Made by a program: the position numbers and the translations under genes. DNA of 63,680 nt, filler included, from Lama guanicoe (taxonomy: Eukaryota), in NCBI GenBank assembly GCA_013239625.1. It is 184 parts of 184 records of this genome, joined end to end, with 100 filler letters (N's around TTAATTAATTAA, not from the genome) between each part and the next. Parts side by side here need not be neighbours in the genome. Positions count along the whole stretch, not along the records: positions 1 to 245 come from PNXV01047616.1; positions 346 to 591 come from PNXV01047617.1; positions 692 to 937 come from PNXV01047618.1; positions 1,038 to 1,283 come from PNXV01047619.1; positions 1,384 to 1,629 come from PNXV01047620.1; positions 1,730 to 1,975 come from PNXV01047621.1; positions 2,076 to 2,321 come from PNXV01047622.1; positions 2,422 to 2,667 come from PNXV01047623.1; 176 more parts are not named here. One strand, written 5' to 3'. This document shows, in pieces, positions 1-11,763 of this stretch (its first letter is position 1; each line of letters opens with the position of its first letter). The notes below the pieces were generated by a model. That model made no database searches and had not been told where the DNA came from. It saw only the letters and a list, made by a program, of their open reading frames with translations.

Positions 1-245
1 AGTAAGTGTTTATCCTGCAAACTGTTCCGTTTGTGCTAGATGAACGAACATCTCTCCACGTGCTCAGTTTTCAGAGTTAAGTGTGTGTGAAACCCATCCT
101 TCACCAATCTTGTTGAGAACACAAAGTTTCTCTTCAGATGCAAAATCCTCAACATACACATATATATGGAGGTATAAGCTCCAACTCGTTTTTACTGTGA
201 AAGCTGCAGGAATTTCAAACCGGCACTAGGAAACAGACTGAGAAA
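1..245 (+). repeat. ~250-bp satellite monomer, copy 1
   Basis: Shares blocks AACGAACRTCTCTCCAC, CCTTCACC, AACTCG.TTTTAC and GGAAACAGACTGAGAAA with four other contigs in circularly permuted order. Confidence 0.85.
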
Positions 246-345
246 NNNNNNNNNNNNNNNNNNNNNNNNNNNNNNNNNNNNNNNNNNNNTTAATTAATTA
301 ANNNNNNNNNNNNNNNNNNNNNNNNNNNNNNNNNNNNNNNNNNNN
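246..345. other. Example linker: 44 N + TTAATTAATTAA (six-frame stop, 290-301) + 44 N
   Basis: The 12-mer is self-complementary with TAA in all three frames on both strands. It explains ORF-track proteins ending in XXX...LIN. Confidence 0.99.
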
Positions 346-1037
346 CCAACAGCCTTCTGAAACACTGGAAGTGGATGGGTCACACATTCAGGGGCGGATC
401 AAAACTGCATGGATTTAGCATTTTCCTCTTTGCTCCAAGGCTAATACCATTTACAGAGCTGGTGGAATGCAGCCACTTAGAGGCACGTGTTAAATCATAG
501 AGTAACAGACATGAGAGGAAATCCATTTAGGAAAGAAAACATAGTCATACGTGAGATGATTTGTCTGATTCCTCTTTAATAATCTCTTCCCNNNNNNNNN
601 NNNNNNNNNNNNNNNNNNNNNNNNNNNNNNNNNNNTTAATTAATTAANNNNNNNNNNNNNNNNNNNNNNNNNNNNNNNNNNNNNNNNNNNNGAATGTTGT
701 CAGCCATTTAATCTATTCCAACATTAGAAAGACCCAGGTAGAACTCAATTTTGCAAACTAAGACAGTTATTTAGCAACTGGCAACCTCCTGGTTTTCCTG
801 GGAGCCCAGGGTACAGTCATAACAAACCCATCTAAACAAGCATTTATTGAGCATTGCTTCAAGTGTCTGCAACAGTGCTACGCATGAAGCATTCAAAGAT
901 CATTCATTGTACCTGTTCTTGAAGCACCCAATATTAANNNNNNNNNNNNNNNNNNNNNNNNNNNNNNNNNNNNNNNNNNNNTTAATTAATTAANNNNNNN
1001 NNNNNNNNNNNNNNNNNNNNNNNNNNNNNNNNNNNNN

Positions 1038-1283
1038 GAGAAAGTTACCAACACTGACTGTTGATTTCATAGCCCAAGAAAACCTGTATGAGGTGGTAAA
1101 TATCCTGTTAGCAGTGAAGTCAATTATGTATCTATCATTCACCACTTGAATGTAGTTTTTAGAAACAGAACTATTGTAAGACACACAAGAAGCCTTGTGA
1201 GGGATTATCAGAAATAAGCAGGAGACCTGGCATTCTGGTGCTTAGGGCCTGTGGCTTCACTGAGAAGTTTGGAGACTAGTGTC
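1038..1283. repeat. Near-duplicate of 1384-1629 (assembly bubble arm A)
   Basis: Same length, 7 substitutions, with the first 49 and last 49 nt identical. Confidence 0.95.
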
Positions 1284-1383
1284 NNNNNNNNNNNNNNNNN
1301 NNNNNNNNNNNNNNNNNNNNNNNNNNNTTAATTAATTAANNNNNNNNNNNNNNNNNNNNNNNNNNNNNNNNNNNNNNNNNNNN

Positions 1384-1629
1384 GAGAAAGTTACCAACAC
1401 TGACTGTTGATTTCATAGCCCAAGAAAACCTGCATGAGGTGGTAAACATCCTATTAGCAGTGAAGCCAATTATGTATCTATCATTCACAACTTGAATGTA
1501 GTTTTTAGAAACAGAACTATTGTAAGACACACAAGAAACCTTGTGAGGGATTATCAGAAATAAGCAGGAGACCTGGCATCCTGGTGCTTAGGGCCTGTGG
1601 CTTCACTGAGAAGTTTGGAGACTAGTGTC
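1384..1629. repeat. Near-duplicate of 1038-1283 (assembly bubble arm B)
   Basis: Direct comparison with 1038-1283. Confidence 0.95.
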
Positions 1630-2075
1630 NNNNNNNNNNNNNNNNNNNNNNNNNNNNNNNNNNNNNNNNNNNNTTAATTAATTAANNNNNNNNNNNNNNN
1701 NNNNNNNNNNNNNNNNNNNNNNNNNNNNNAAAAGAAAGTTTTGGATAAAAATATAAATTGAAAAATAGCTTTTGAAAAGTTTAGAAGAGGACAGTAGCAC
1801 ATGGTATCGGAATCAACAGTACCACAGGGGGGCAGGTAGAGTCCCTTGGGAGGAGGGAACCGTGGGAGTTCGCCAAGGCTTATTTGTCAAGGCTACTCCC
1901 TACTTGAGGCTTCCTCAGGGGGGACAGAACATCCTAGGTGAGTGCCATCCAGGTGAGCAGCAAAGTGCCTTGGGTNNNNNNNNNNNNNNNNNNNNNNNNN
2001 NNNNNNNNNNNNNNNNNNNTTAATTAATTAANNNNNNNNNNNNNNNNNNNNNNNNNNNNNNNNNNNNNNNNNNNN

Positions 2076-2321
2076 TTTTGAAAGCCATCAATCATCAAAC
2101 TTGCTGGGAACACACAGTTTGTTTTCAATGGGAAACTACATTACATACATATATATGGGGTGGGACTAGCCCCAACTCGGTTTTACAGGTAAAACAGCAA
2201 GAAATTCAAACGGGCACTTGGAAACACTCTCAGAAACCACAGTAAGTGTTTTACTGCAAACCAAACCCGTTATGCTAGATGAACGAACTTCTCTCTACAT
2301 ACTCAATCCTGAGAGTTAAGT
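2076..2321 (+). repeat. ~250-bp satellite monomer, copy 2
   Basis: Contains the junction CTCAGAAA-CCAC-AGTAAGTGTT, which links the end of copy 1 to its start. Confidence 0.85.
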
Positions 2322-3199
2322 NNNNNNNNNNNNNNNNNNNNNNNNNNNNNNNNNNNNNNNNNNNNTTAATTAATTAANNNNNNNNNNNNNNNNNNNNNNN
2401 NNNNNNNNNNNNNNNNNNNNNGGGAAGGTTAAGAGTGTGTGTTACTAATTCTTACATTAGAAACTCCCCTCCTTGCCTCCTTTCCTTCAAGGACAACTTC
2501 TACTCTCCAGTTTCCACCTATGCTAAACAGTAGATATTTAATAAGCATTGCTGTGTGCCTATCGCTATGTGAGAACCACACAGTCTACAAAAGGAGAGAG
2601 GCTGGCACCTTAGAAGCATTCCAGATGTTAAATCTCTCTTCCTTTAAAGAGTTTACAATCTGTTTTANNNNNNNNNNNNNNNNNNNNNNNNNNNNNNNNN
2701 NNNNNNNNNNNTTAATTAATTAANNNNNNNNNNNNNNNNNNNNNNNNNNNNNNNNNNNNNNNNNNNNTAGAGGGAATATTTTACCACGTATGCTAGCTAG
2801 GTACAAAGACTAGTTACAATCCTTTTAAAAAATGCTTGAATATTTGCATTCTCTTCAGGAGCAGAGTGATTCACAGTACACAGCTGTGAAGATTTTCATG
2901 AACTCAGTAGGTTAGGAGTCATAAAAGGAATTACGTTAGGTCAGGCCTAAAAGAAACAAGATCATAGAAGGTAACAGAAAGACGGTACTGCCCACAACAT
3001 CACTTACCTGGAGNNNNNNNNNNNNNNNNNNNNNNNNNNNNNNNNNNNNNNNNNNNNTTAATTAATTAANNNNNNNNNNNNNNNNNNNNNNNNNNNNNNN
3101 NNNNNNNNNNNNNTGAACAATGCTAGATGGAAGCGAAACCAAGAGGGAGACTGAGCTACAGGATAGCAATTAAAGTTCTGTATTAAGATTTTGGCTCAG

Positions 3200-3355
3200 G
3201 AGTATTTGGGTTTGAATAAAAGGTTTGCCACTTACTAGCTCACAACTTTGGGTAAATTGCTTACACTGTCTATATGTCAGTTTTTACCTTCTCTGTAAAG
3301 TGGGAGTAAATTAATCCCTAATTTATGAGTTGATGTGATGTTTAAATGAGTTTAT
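3200..3355 (+). mobile_element. MIR SINE remnant
   Basis: Core-like GGGTTTGAAT...GCCACTTACTAGCT...TTGGGTAAATTGCTTA...TCAGTTT...CTGTAAAGTGGG. Confidence 0.7.
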
Positions 3356-4843
3356 ACCANNNNNNNNNNNNNNNNNNNNNNNNNNNNNNNNNNNNNNNNN
3401 NNNTTAATTAATTAANNNNNNNNNNNNNNNNNNNNNNNNNNNNNNNNNNNNNNNNNNNNAAAACTATGTCCTGAATTCTGAACATTTGAAAGCTTCTCTG
3501 GAGAGCCTTTTCACCTCTGAGTCAAGTTCAAAACCTTTACGGCTCTTCCAGCAGAAAATGGCACACTTTATTATTCCAAGAGCTCAAATGCTACATATAT
3601 GTATATTCAAGATGTAAAATTGATCTTCTAAAGAGTGTGTGTTCTCCTTAATGGGGAGGGAAGTTAAAAGTTAGAAACAGCAGGAGAGAAGCCTGGTTGT
3701 CCTACNNNNNNNNNNNNNNNNNNNNNNNNNNNNNNNNNNNNNNNNNNNNTTAATTAATTAANNNNNNNNNNNNNNNNNNNNNNNNNNNNNNNNNNNNNNN
3801 NNNNNGAAATATGCATCTTCTGAAATTTGCTTTTAAAAGTTATAATAAATAAGTGAATAAGTACCTACTTAAGGTATCTGTCATAGAGATAGAAATATTT
3901 GAGTGCTCTGGAATGATTTTAAATGCCTAGGATTTATCTGTTACTTTTATATTAGATTAAATTTGTCTGTAAAAAGACTTGTGCTTCATATCTTGTTACT
4001 AGCAGTGTTTTTGATGTTTTTTTCCTGCTTCTTCAATATGCTGCCTCTTCTNNNNNNNNNNNNNNNNNNNNNNNNNNNNNNNNNNNNNNNNNNNNTTAAT
4101 TAATTAANNNNNNNNNNNNNNNNNNNNNNNNNNNNNNNNNNNNNNNNNNNNTTGGGATTTAATCTCAATTTACATTCAATTTGCACTTACAGATAGTTTT
4201 CCACATCTGTGTGAGTGTGTGTGTGTGTGTGTGTGTATTTAAGTTTTTTTTTTTTTTGCTGTGTGTCCCAGGAATATTTTATTTGAGGGGAAAGAAACAC
4301 TGTCTGCAAAAAGTAACAAAAGGAAATCAGACAAATCTGAGTCATTCCTGGGAAGCAGTCTTTGGTTCGGGGCAGTTCCTGTAGCTCTCTGATGATTNNN
4401 NNNNNNNNNNNNNNNNNNNNNNNNNNNNNNNNNNNNNNNNNTTAATTAATTAANNNNNNNNNNNNNNNNNNNNNNNNNNNNNNNNNNNNNNNNNNNNTGG
4501 AGGGGCTGTTGTCCCGCCTTTGACCAGTGCGCCACCTTGTGCCAGTCTCTGGTAATAGCAAGCAAGGCATTCTCAGGAGATTGGAGGTGGCAGGTGGGAC
4601 CACAGGCCTTGGCCCCCTGCCCTGCTTGCCCCATGGCTCCCTACAACTCTAACGTCATGTCTGGTCAGCCAGGGGCCTGTCCTCTGGCCAGACTTCAGCC
4701 AGGTCAGCATAACCCAAGTCGTCTGATAACACTGCCTCATCCCNNNNNNNNNNNNNNNNNNNNNNNNNNNNNNNNNNNNNNNNNNNNTTAATTAATTAAN
4801 NNNNNNNNNNNNNNNNNNNNNNNNNNNNNNNNNNNNNNNNNNN

Positions 4844-5089
4844 CGGGGTCGGCGGGCAGCTCGGCGGGCCGGAGCGCGCCCGGGTCGCCCCAGGTGATGC
4901 CGAAAGCCAGCGCGCCGGGCGCCGCCAGCCCCGGGCGGCCCACCTCCACGAAGAGGCTCTCCCCGGGCCGCAGCGGGCGCTCGGAGAAGACGAGCGTACG
5001 GCCGCCGTCGGGCCGCGGCGCGCAGGCCACCTTGCGGTCGAGCGACAGGCTCACGTCGGGCCCGCGCGTCGTGTGGAAGCGCAGGTCGG
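4844..5089 (-). CDS. NEURL1B: Internal fragment of an exon of neuralized E3 ubiquitin ligase 1B (second NHR domain)
   Basis: Open frame DLRFHTTRGPDVSLSLDRKVACAPRPDGGRTLVFSERPLRPGESLFVEVGRPGLAAPGALAFGIT..DPG.LRP.ELPADP, nearly identical to recalled mammalian NEURL1B. Very GC/CpG-rich. Confidence 0.92.
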
Positions 5090-5189
5090 NNNNNNNNNNN
5101 NNNNNNNNNNNNNNNNNNNNNNNNNNNNNNNNNTTAATTAATTAANNNNNNNNNNNNNNNNNNNNNNNNNNNNNNNNNNNNNNNNNNNN

Positions 5190-5290
5190 GGGCTCAACCC
5201 CTGGTCCTCCGTCAAAAATAATTAAAAAGCAAATGAATGAATGAACTGAATTACCTTCTCCCCCGCCAGTAAATAAATAATATAAAAAAT
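5190..5290 (+). mobile_element. Vic-1-type SINE, 3' half
   Basis: GGGCTCAACCCCTGGTCCTCC (degenerate B box), then an A-rich linker, AATTACCTTCTCCCCC and an A-rich tail, as in the copy at 11764-11911. Confidence 0.6.
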
Positions 5291-5544
5291 TGTAAAGAGA
5301 AATAAAAAAAAAAGAGACTGAGAATAAGGATTAACTTGTGAGTGGGACTGACTGGGCACCTGGGTGCAGGACCATGTCTTTGGTCCCTCGCAGGAAAGGG
5401 CCGAGTGGATTGAAATTCAGGTGAACTAAGCAAGGNNNNNNNNNNNNNNNNNNNNNNNNNNNNNNNNNNNNNNNNNNNNTTAATTAATTAANNNNNNNNN
5501 NNNNNNNNNNNNNNNNNNNNNNNNNNNNNNNNNNNTAGAATCAC

Positions 5545-5781
5545 TGCTGGTGTAATCAACTTAAGAGGAGATCAGACTGGATTAGGGTAAGCCCTGATCC
5601 AATGACTGGTGTCCTTATTAAAAAAAAAAGAGAGAGAGAAATTTGCACTTTAAGATGCACAGCCACACGGATACGCAAAGGATAAGGTAGAGATTGCAGC
5701 GATGTACCCACAAGCCAAAGAACTCCAAGGACTGCTGGCATTTACCAGAAGCCAGCAAGAGGAAAGGAAGCATCCTTGCCT
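5545..5781 (+). mobile_element. MaLR LTR fragment (MLT1-like)
   Basis: TGTAATCAACTTAAGAGGAGATCAGACTGGATTAGGGT..GCCCT..TCCAATGACTGGTGTCCTTAT and CACAAGCCAAAGAA...CCAGAAGC motifs typical of MLT1B/C. Confidence 0.75.
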
Positions 5782-6227
5782 NNNNNNNNNNNNNNNNNNN
5801 NNNNNNNNNNNNNNNNNNNNNNNNNTTAATTAATTAANNNNNNNNNNNNNNNNNNNNNNNNNNNNNNNNNNNNNNNNNNNNTCCCACTCAGTCTCTGAAA
5901 GCTTGTAGAGTCTTCTTTGTGCCTCAGGCTCTGAATTTTCGCAGTGATACACCTTTTTCTATGTCTGTTTTCATCCATGACACTGGACATCTTTAGGCTC
6001 TTTAAGTCTGGAAACTCTTGTGTTTTAAATTCATAATTTACTGAATTTTATGATGACCATTTCTCTCCTGTTTCTCTCTTTTTTTCCCCTGGAACTCCAG
6101 TTTTATGAATATTGGAGTTTCTGGACTNNNNNNNNNNNNNNNNNNNNNNNNNNNNNNNNNNNNNNNNNNNNTTAATTAATTAANNNNNNNNNNNNNNNNN
6201 NNNNNNNNNNNNNNNNNNNNNNNNNNN

Positions 6228-6473
6228 AAATGGATACACCTAACCCTGTGTGGCATTTAGGAGAAAACTCAGGTGTGAGTATTCACCACTTCGGATCAGG
6301 CAGTGGTTTCCTAGGTGCGACACCAAAGCACAGGCAGCAGGAGGAAACAGCAGACAAGCGGGGCTTCATCAACACCTAAACCTTTTGTGATTTAAAGCAC
6401 ACCATCAACGGCGCCAAAGGGCAGCCCGCAGAACAGGAAACTCACCGGCGCATCAGGTCTGACAAGCGACTGG
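6228..6473 (+). mobile_element. Degenerate L1 ORF2 3' region, unusually GC-rich
   Basis: Aligns by eye to the L1 ORF2 stretch KWI...LEEN.G..LH..G.G..FL..TPKAQA...DKW.FIK.K.FC..K.TI..K.QP.EWE. Confidence 0.7.
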
Positions 6474-8439
6474 NNNNNNNNNNNNNNNNNNNNNNNNNNN
6501 NNNNNNNNNNNNNNNNNTTAATTAATTAANNNNNNNNNNNNNNNNNNNNNNNNNNNNNNNNNNNNNNNNNNNNATCTCAGAAAGGCTTCCGGGGGCGCGG
6601 CCTCCCTCCTCCAGGGCTCTTTAGGCCCACACTCGCCCCCAGGTGGCTCCCTGCTGGGACACCAGTGGACAGAGAGGGGGCCAGAGGAGGCTGGATCTGG
6701 TGGGGACACCTGTCCACTCAGTGGGGTCGTAAGTAAGTTGCTCCTCTGTGTTTCGGCCCCCCACCGACCCCTCACCCTCTCTTACTTTTCTCATCTCTCA
6801 CCAGGCATCAGCAGGTCCCNNNNNNNNNNNNNNNNNNNNNNNNNNNNNNNNNNNNNNNNNNNNTTAATTAATTAANNNNNNNNNNNNNNNNNNNNNNNNN
6901 NNNNNNNNNNNNNNNNNNNGCATGACACATGCTTTTCATGAACATGAAAATTCATTTTCTTTAATTTGGGAGAAAATTAAACCTAGGTTCTAGCATTAAT
7001 TTCCACATGTCTCCCTCCTGGCAGCGTGAGTTGTTTATTTCTATGATGTAGAAATGTGCGTTTTGCAAACACCGTCCATTTTCGAAGGAAATGTTTGCCG
7101 TCTTTCCCACCCCCTTGTATGGATACCAGTTGGTAATTCAAGTCTGTTCGAGTTTTCCGCCACCTNNNNNNNNNNNNNNNNNNNNNNNNNNNNNNNNNNN
7201 NNNNNNNNNTTAATTAATTAANNNNNNNNNNNNNNNNNNNNNNNNNNNNNNNNNNNNNNNNNNNNAGGTAGGCACCAGCAAAAGCACACCAGCAATGTGC
7301 GATGTTCTTGGCTGAGGAAATGGCAGGGTTTCACTTAACCCTAAAAGGTTCACATCTCTTTCTGCCACACTGAGGGATGTAACTGTAGTTTACAGGGATG
7401 CAAACATTATGCAGGAATTCTACAGCTTCAGAGTAGCCTGAAGATCTCTTCTGAGAGTCACACGTAACAAAGAGAGTTACACTATGCTCAGCCCGTAGGC
7501 ATACTTGCTAANNNNNNNNNNNNNNNNNNNNNNNNNNNNNNNNNNNNNNNNNNNNTTAATTAATTAANNNNNNNNNNNNNNNNNNNNNNNNNNNNNNNNN
7601 NNNNNNNNNNNGTGTGAAGTTTTCTCTTCAAATGTCACTTGAGCACATGCAGAGCATCTTCCAAGACCCTCATCTCCGTTCCCGTTCAGAAAACACATTT
7701 TTGAATCAGCTCCAAAACCACCTTCTTTTGTCCCATTCACCCTCCTCAATTTCTCCTGAACAGTATAGTGAAAAGCACAGCCACTCCTGGACCTCAAATT
7801 TTATTTCAAGTCTTCTTTTTCTTAACCAAGTCTTATGTAGCATAGATCATGTTTCCTNNNNNNNNNNNNNNNNNNNNNNNNNNNNNNNNNNNNNNNNNNN
7901 NTTAATTAATTAANNNNNNNNNNNNNNNNNNNNNNNNNNNNNNNNNNNNNNNNNNNNTTTTACTGTTAGTTGCATGGGGACTTAACTCTCCTGAAAATGC
8001 CTCTTCATGTTTACTGTGGATCATGAGATGAATAATGCTAGCGGTCAAAACCGAACTGTCTGCTGTGCCGTATAGAGTCTCATGTTAACGGGATTACTGG
8101 AGTACTGGATTGTATGCTTAAAGGTTTGCTTAGAGGACAAATCTTAAAATGAGTTCTTGTGCCAAAAATATATGTAAATAATAGGGTGAGAGGGAAGTTT
8201 GGANNNNNNNNNNNNNNNNNNNNNNNNNNNNNNNNNNNNNNNNNNNNTTAATTAATTAANNNNNNNNNNNNNNNNNNNNNNNNNNNNNNNNNNNNNNNNN
8301 NNNTTTAAACTTACATAGTTCTCAAAGGAATAAAGCCAACCACAAAATAAGAATCAACAGAATATAGTAATCTAATCATAAAGGACAGATGTGCATGCAC
8401 ATATTCAAGAAATCATTTAAGTTAAAATAATAAGTAGTT

Positions 8440-8549
8440 CATTTGTGTCCTTTTTTTTTAGATTTCACATATAAATGATATATGGCATTTTTCTTTCTCA
8501 TTCTGGCTTACTTTACTTAGAATGACGATCTCTAGGTCCATCCATGTTG
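8440..8549 (-). mobile_element. L1 3' UTR fragment
   Basis: TTAGATTTCACATATAAATGATAT...CTGGCTTACTTTACTTAGAATGACGATCTCTAGGTCCATCCATGTTG. Confidence 0.75.
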
Positions 8550-8995
8550 NNNNNNNNNNNNNNNNNNNNNNNNNNNNNNNNNNNNNNNNNNNNTTAATTA
8601 ATTAANNNNNNNNNNNNNNNNNNNNNNNNNNNNNNNNNNNNNNNNNNNNATCACCCTTCATCCAGTGCAACGTGGCAGAATAATGTGCTGAAATGTTGGG
8701 TTGTGCCTTTTGTCCTCGTGCTCTTCCTTTCCCGATCCTTTAAAAAGTGAGGGTCCCTCGGTGTGACTCTGAGCATTAGGGATTCTGCCTGGGTCTGAAG
8801 TTGTGTGGCTGGAATGCAAGACTGGTCTTTGGGAATGGTGTCAGCCAGTTGCAGAGGGGGCCTTGAGGAGGCGACAGGTTTTGAGGACCAGGAGANNNNN
8901 NNNNNNNNNNNNNNNNNNNNNNNNNNNNNNNNNNNNNNNTTAATTAATTAANNNNNNNNNNNNNNNNNNNNNNNNNNNNNNNNNNNNNNNNNNNN

Positions 8996-9175
8996 CTCAT
9001 TTAACCCCCGCAACAACCCAGGAGACAGGTATTAAGATCTCCATTCTATCAACTAGAAAGATGAGACCCAGAGAGTTACGAGACATGCCCAAGGCCACAC
9101 AGCTAGTAAGCAGTGGAACAGGGATCCAAACTCAAGCACTCTGGTTCCAGAGATACTTCTTACCACTACACGCTA
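8996..9175 (-). mobile_element. MIR SINE remnant
   Basis: CTCATTTAA.CC..CAACAACCC...GAGACCCAGAGAGTTA...TGCCCAAGGCCACACAGCTAGTAAG..GTGGA...GGGATCCAAAC. Confidence 0.8.
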
Positions 9176-11119
9176 TACGGCCTAAAATACTGCCTAAAAA
9201 TAATTCTATGGTTTATCTGCTGGCAGGTTTTAGGACACGTGNNNNNNNNNNNNNNNNNNNNNNNNNNNNNNNNNNNNNNNNNNNNTTAATTAATTAANNN
9301 NNNNNNNNNNNNNNNNNNNNNNNNNNNNNNNNNNNNNNNNNTAATTATATGGATAAACAGTCAATGAAATAAGATTACTCTCAGTTTTCTGTTCTCTACT
9401 ACTGAGCAATTATTTTTCTCATTATCTTTTATTGAGTGAGACTCAAATCAGGCCTTAAGATGAAACTTAGCAAGAGGAAAGTCTATAAAAGGAACAATGC
9501 AACCAAGTCTAAAAACATCCTGCCATTCACGGTCCTTTCTCTTCTCCAATTCAATCACTTTGTTTTAGGATTGCCACTTAGGAGTAGNNNNNNNNNNNNN
9601 NNNNNNNNNNNNNNNNNNNNNNNNNNNNNNNTTAATTAATTAANNNNNNNNNNNNNNNNNNNNNNNNNNNNNNNNNNNNNNNNNNNNCCCTCTAGCTCAA
9701 GAGAACTGGGAGCTCAAGGAATCTGCTTCCAGAAGTACAGCGTTCTGGAGATCTGAGAGTGACGATTACAAGAATCTGGACAGACTAGCGATTGGCGCTG
9801 AAATTCACCGTGACCTGCTGAAAGCCGATTTGGGGAACCACCACAGATGGAAATCAAAACAGGACAAGAAAGTCAGATGCTGCACTCTTGCTACCTCCTG
9901 ACACCTCACAGGCTAGAACTAACTGAAGGTCACNNNNNNNNNNNNNNNNNNNNNNNNNNNNNNNNNNNNNNNNNNNNTTAATTAATTAANNNNNNNNNNN
10001 NNNNNNNNNNNNNNNNNNNNNNNNNNNNNNNNNGTCATTCTCAGCATTGCCAGGGAAGGCTTGCAATGCTTGATTTGTCACTGTGATAAAACAGAACGAC
10101 ACAGAGGTTTTCTGTTCAAATTGGCTATTATTTCATGAGGAGATTAAACAGGGTGATATGATGTGTGTGTGTATATGTAGGGTCAGGGGATGCCCTGGGA
10201 TCAGCCCAGCTAGGAGTGAGGAAGCAAACAGAACATCATCTCTCCTAATCTACCTGTCTTAGGTCCAGTTTGTTAGAATNNNNNNNNNNNNNNNNNNNNN
10301 NNNNNNNNNNNNNNNNNNNNNNNTTAATTAATTAANNNNNNNNNNNNNNNNNNNNNNNNNNNNNNNNNNNNNNNNNNNNATTCCTTTCTATGTGTTATTT
10401 TCTTTCTAAACATTTAGAACTTGTAGTTTATATTTAAATATTTTATTTAAATTTCTCAGATGTGTTCCATGATTGTTTTAAGTGGTGTGTTTACCTCCTT
10501 TTTTTCCTGTTCTATATAACTGAGAATTCTGATATTGTTTCCTTTACTGGACTCAGTTGCTTGCTTCCTGTCACCGGATATAACTTTGCTATCACTTTTT
10601 TCAACATTTCCATTTCACAGAACACNNNNNNNNNNNNNNNNNNNNNNNNNNNNNNNNNNNNNNNNNNNNTTAATTAATTAANNNNNNNNNNNNNNNNNNN
10701 NNNNNNNNNNNNNNNNNNNNNNNNNACTGGGAATGGAACGTGGCAGGAGCTCTGTGAATGCTGTGGAGGGACCTGATTAATGCAGAGGCCATGGAGCAGA
10801 CCTGAAGGCTCCAAGCTGACCCCTGAGATGCTCAATACACATTCAGCTTCTTGCCCTCTCCCCAAGCCAGGCAGTCGTGAGCTTCATTCTATAGCATGGA
10901 AATGCTGCGCCCCTGGAGAGACTGGTGTGACAACGTCCCCATGACATGAACAGCAGAGCAGGTACAACCTANNNNNNNNNNNNNNNNNNNNNNNNNNNNN
11001 NNNNNNNNNNNNNNNTTAATTAATTAANNNNNNNNNNNNNNNNNNNNNNNNNNNNNNNNNNNNNNNNNNNNGAAGATTCTCCTGACTTCTCTTGTTAATA
11101 TCTCATTGCTCTATATCAT

Positions 11120-11260
11120 TTGTTCATTACAAATATATTTATTGAGGGTCCATTATGTGTCAGACTCAATTCTTTGTCCAGGATTATAGCAGTGAATAAA
11201 ACCAAGCCCCCTTTCTCAAAGAACTTACATTCTAGAAGGGGAAATTAACTAAGAAAATAA
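11120..11260 (-). mobile_element. L2 3' end remnant
   Basis: TTCATT..AAATATATTTATTGAG...ATTATGTGTCAGAC...ATAGCAGTGAATAAAAC...GAACTTACATTCTAG. Confidence 0.7.
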
Positions 11261-11763
11261 AAAATCTATAGGTTTTACTGAAGGCCATCATCAGGATCTG
11301 TGGAATCGCTGATGAGANNNNNNNNNNNNNNNNNNNNNNNNNNNNNNNNNNNNNNNNNNNNTTAATTAATTAANNNNNNNNNNNNNNNNNNNNNNNNNNN
11401 NNNNNNNNNNNNNNNNNCGGATGCTTAGATGACCTGTGCCGAGATGCGTCCTCTGCAAGATGATGAGGTGGGAAGAGTGGTTTTGGTTCTCTTGCGTCCT
11501 CCTGTCAGGTCACATACCACTGTCTCATCAGACAGTGTGCTTTCCCTCCCCCCTAAGAATCTTGCTGCTAATCTCTGTCGAGATATTAGGTGATATCTCC
11601 CTGAGGACATAATAGGTTTTTTTATTCCACTATAAGACTCCTCAAAGTATTTATCCTCAGAAANNNNNNNNNNNNNNNNNNNNNNNNNNNNNNNNNNNNN
11701 NNNNNNNTTAATTAATTAANNNNNNNNNNNNNNNNNNNNNNNNNNNNNNNNNNNNNNNNNNNN

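Noticed and set aside
1038..1184. Duplicated 64-aa ORF (990-1184 and 1336-1530) as a small gene family
   Set aside because: Non-ATG start, frame runs into Ns, no recognisable domain, and the duplication is explained by an assembly bubble.
2266..2290. CENP-B box in the satellite (minus strand TTCG...CGGG)
   Set aside because: TTCG and CGGG are 14 nt apart instead of the canonical 7, and CGGG is not conserved across monomers.
10495..10625. Minus-strand exon-like segment ending GAG|gtaaac
   Set aside because: Every frame contains a stop within the contig and the product is unrecognised.
11509..11600. Possible ~83-nt minus-strand exon (RYHLISRQRLAARFLGGRESTLSDETV)
   Set aside because: Splice signals are moderate and no homology was recognised. 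Indistinguishable from chance.
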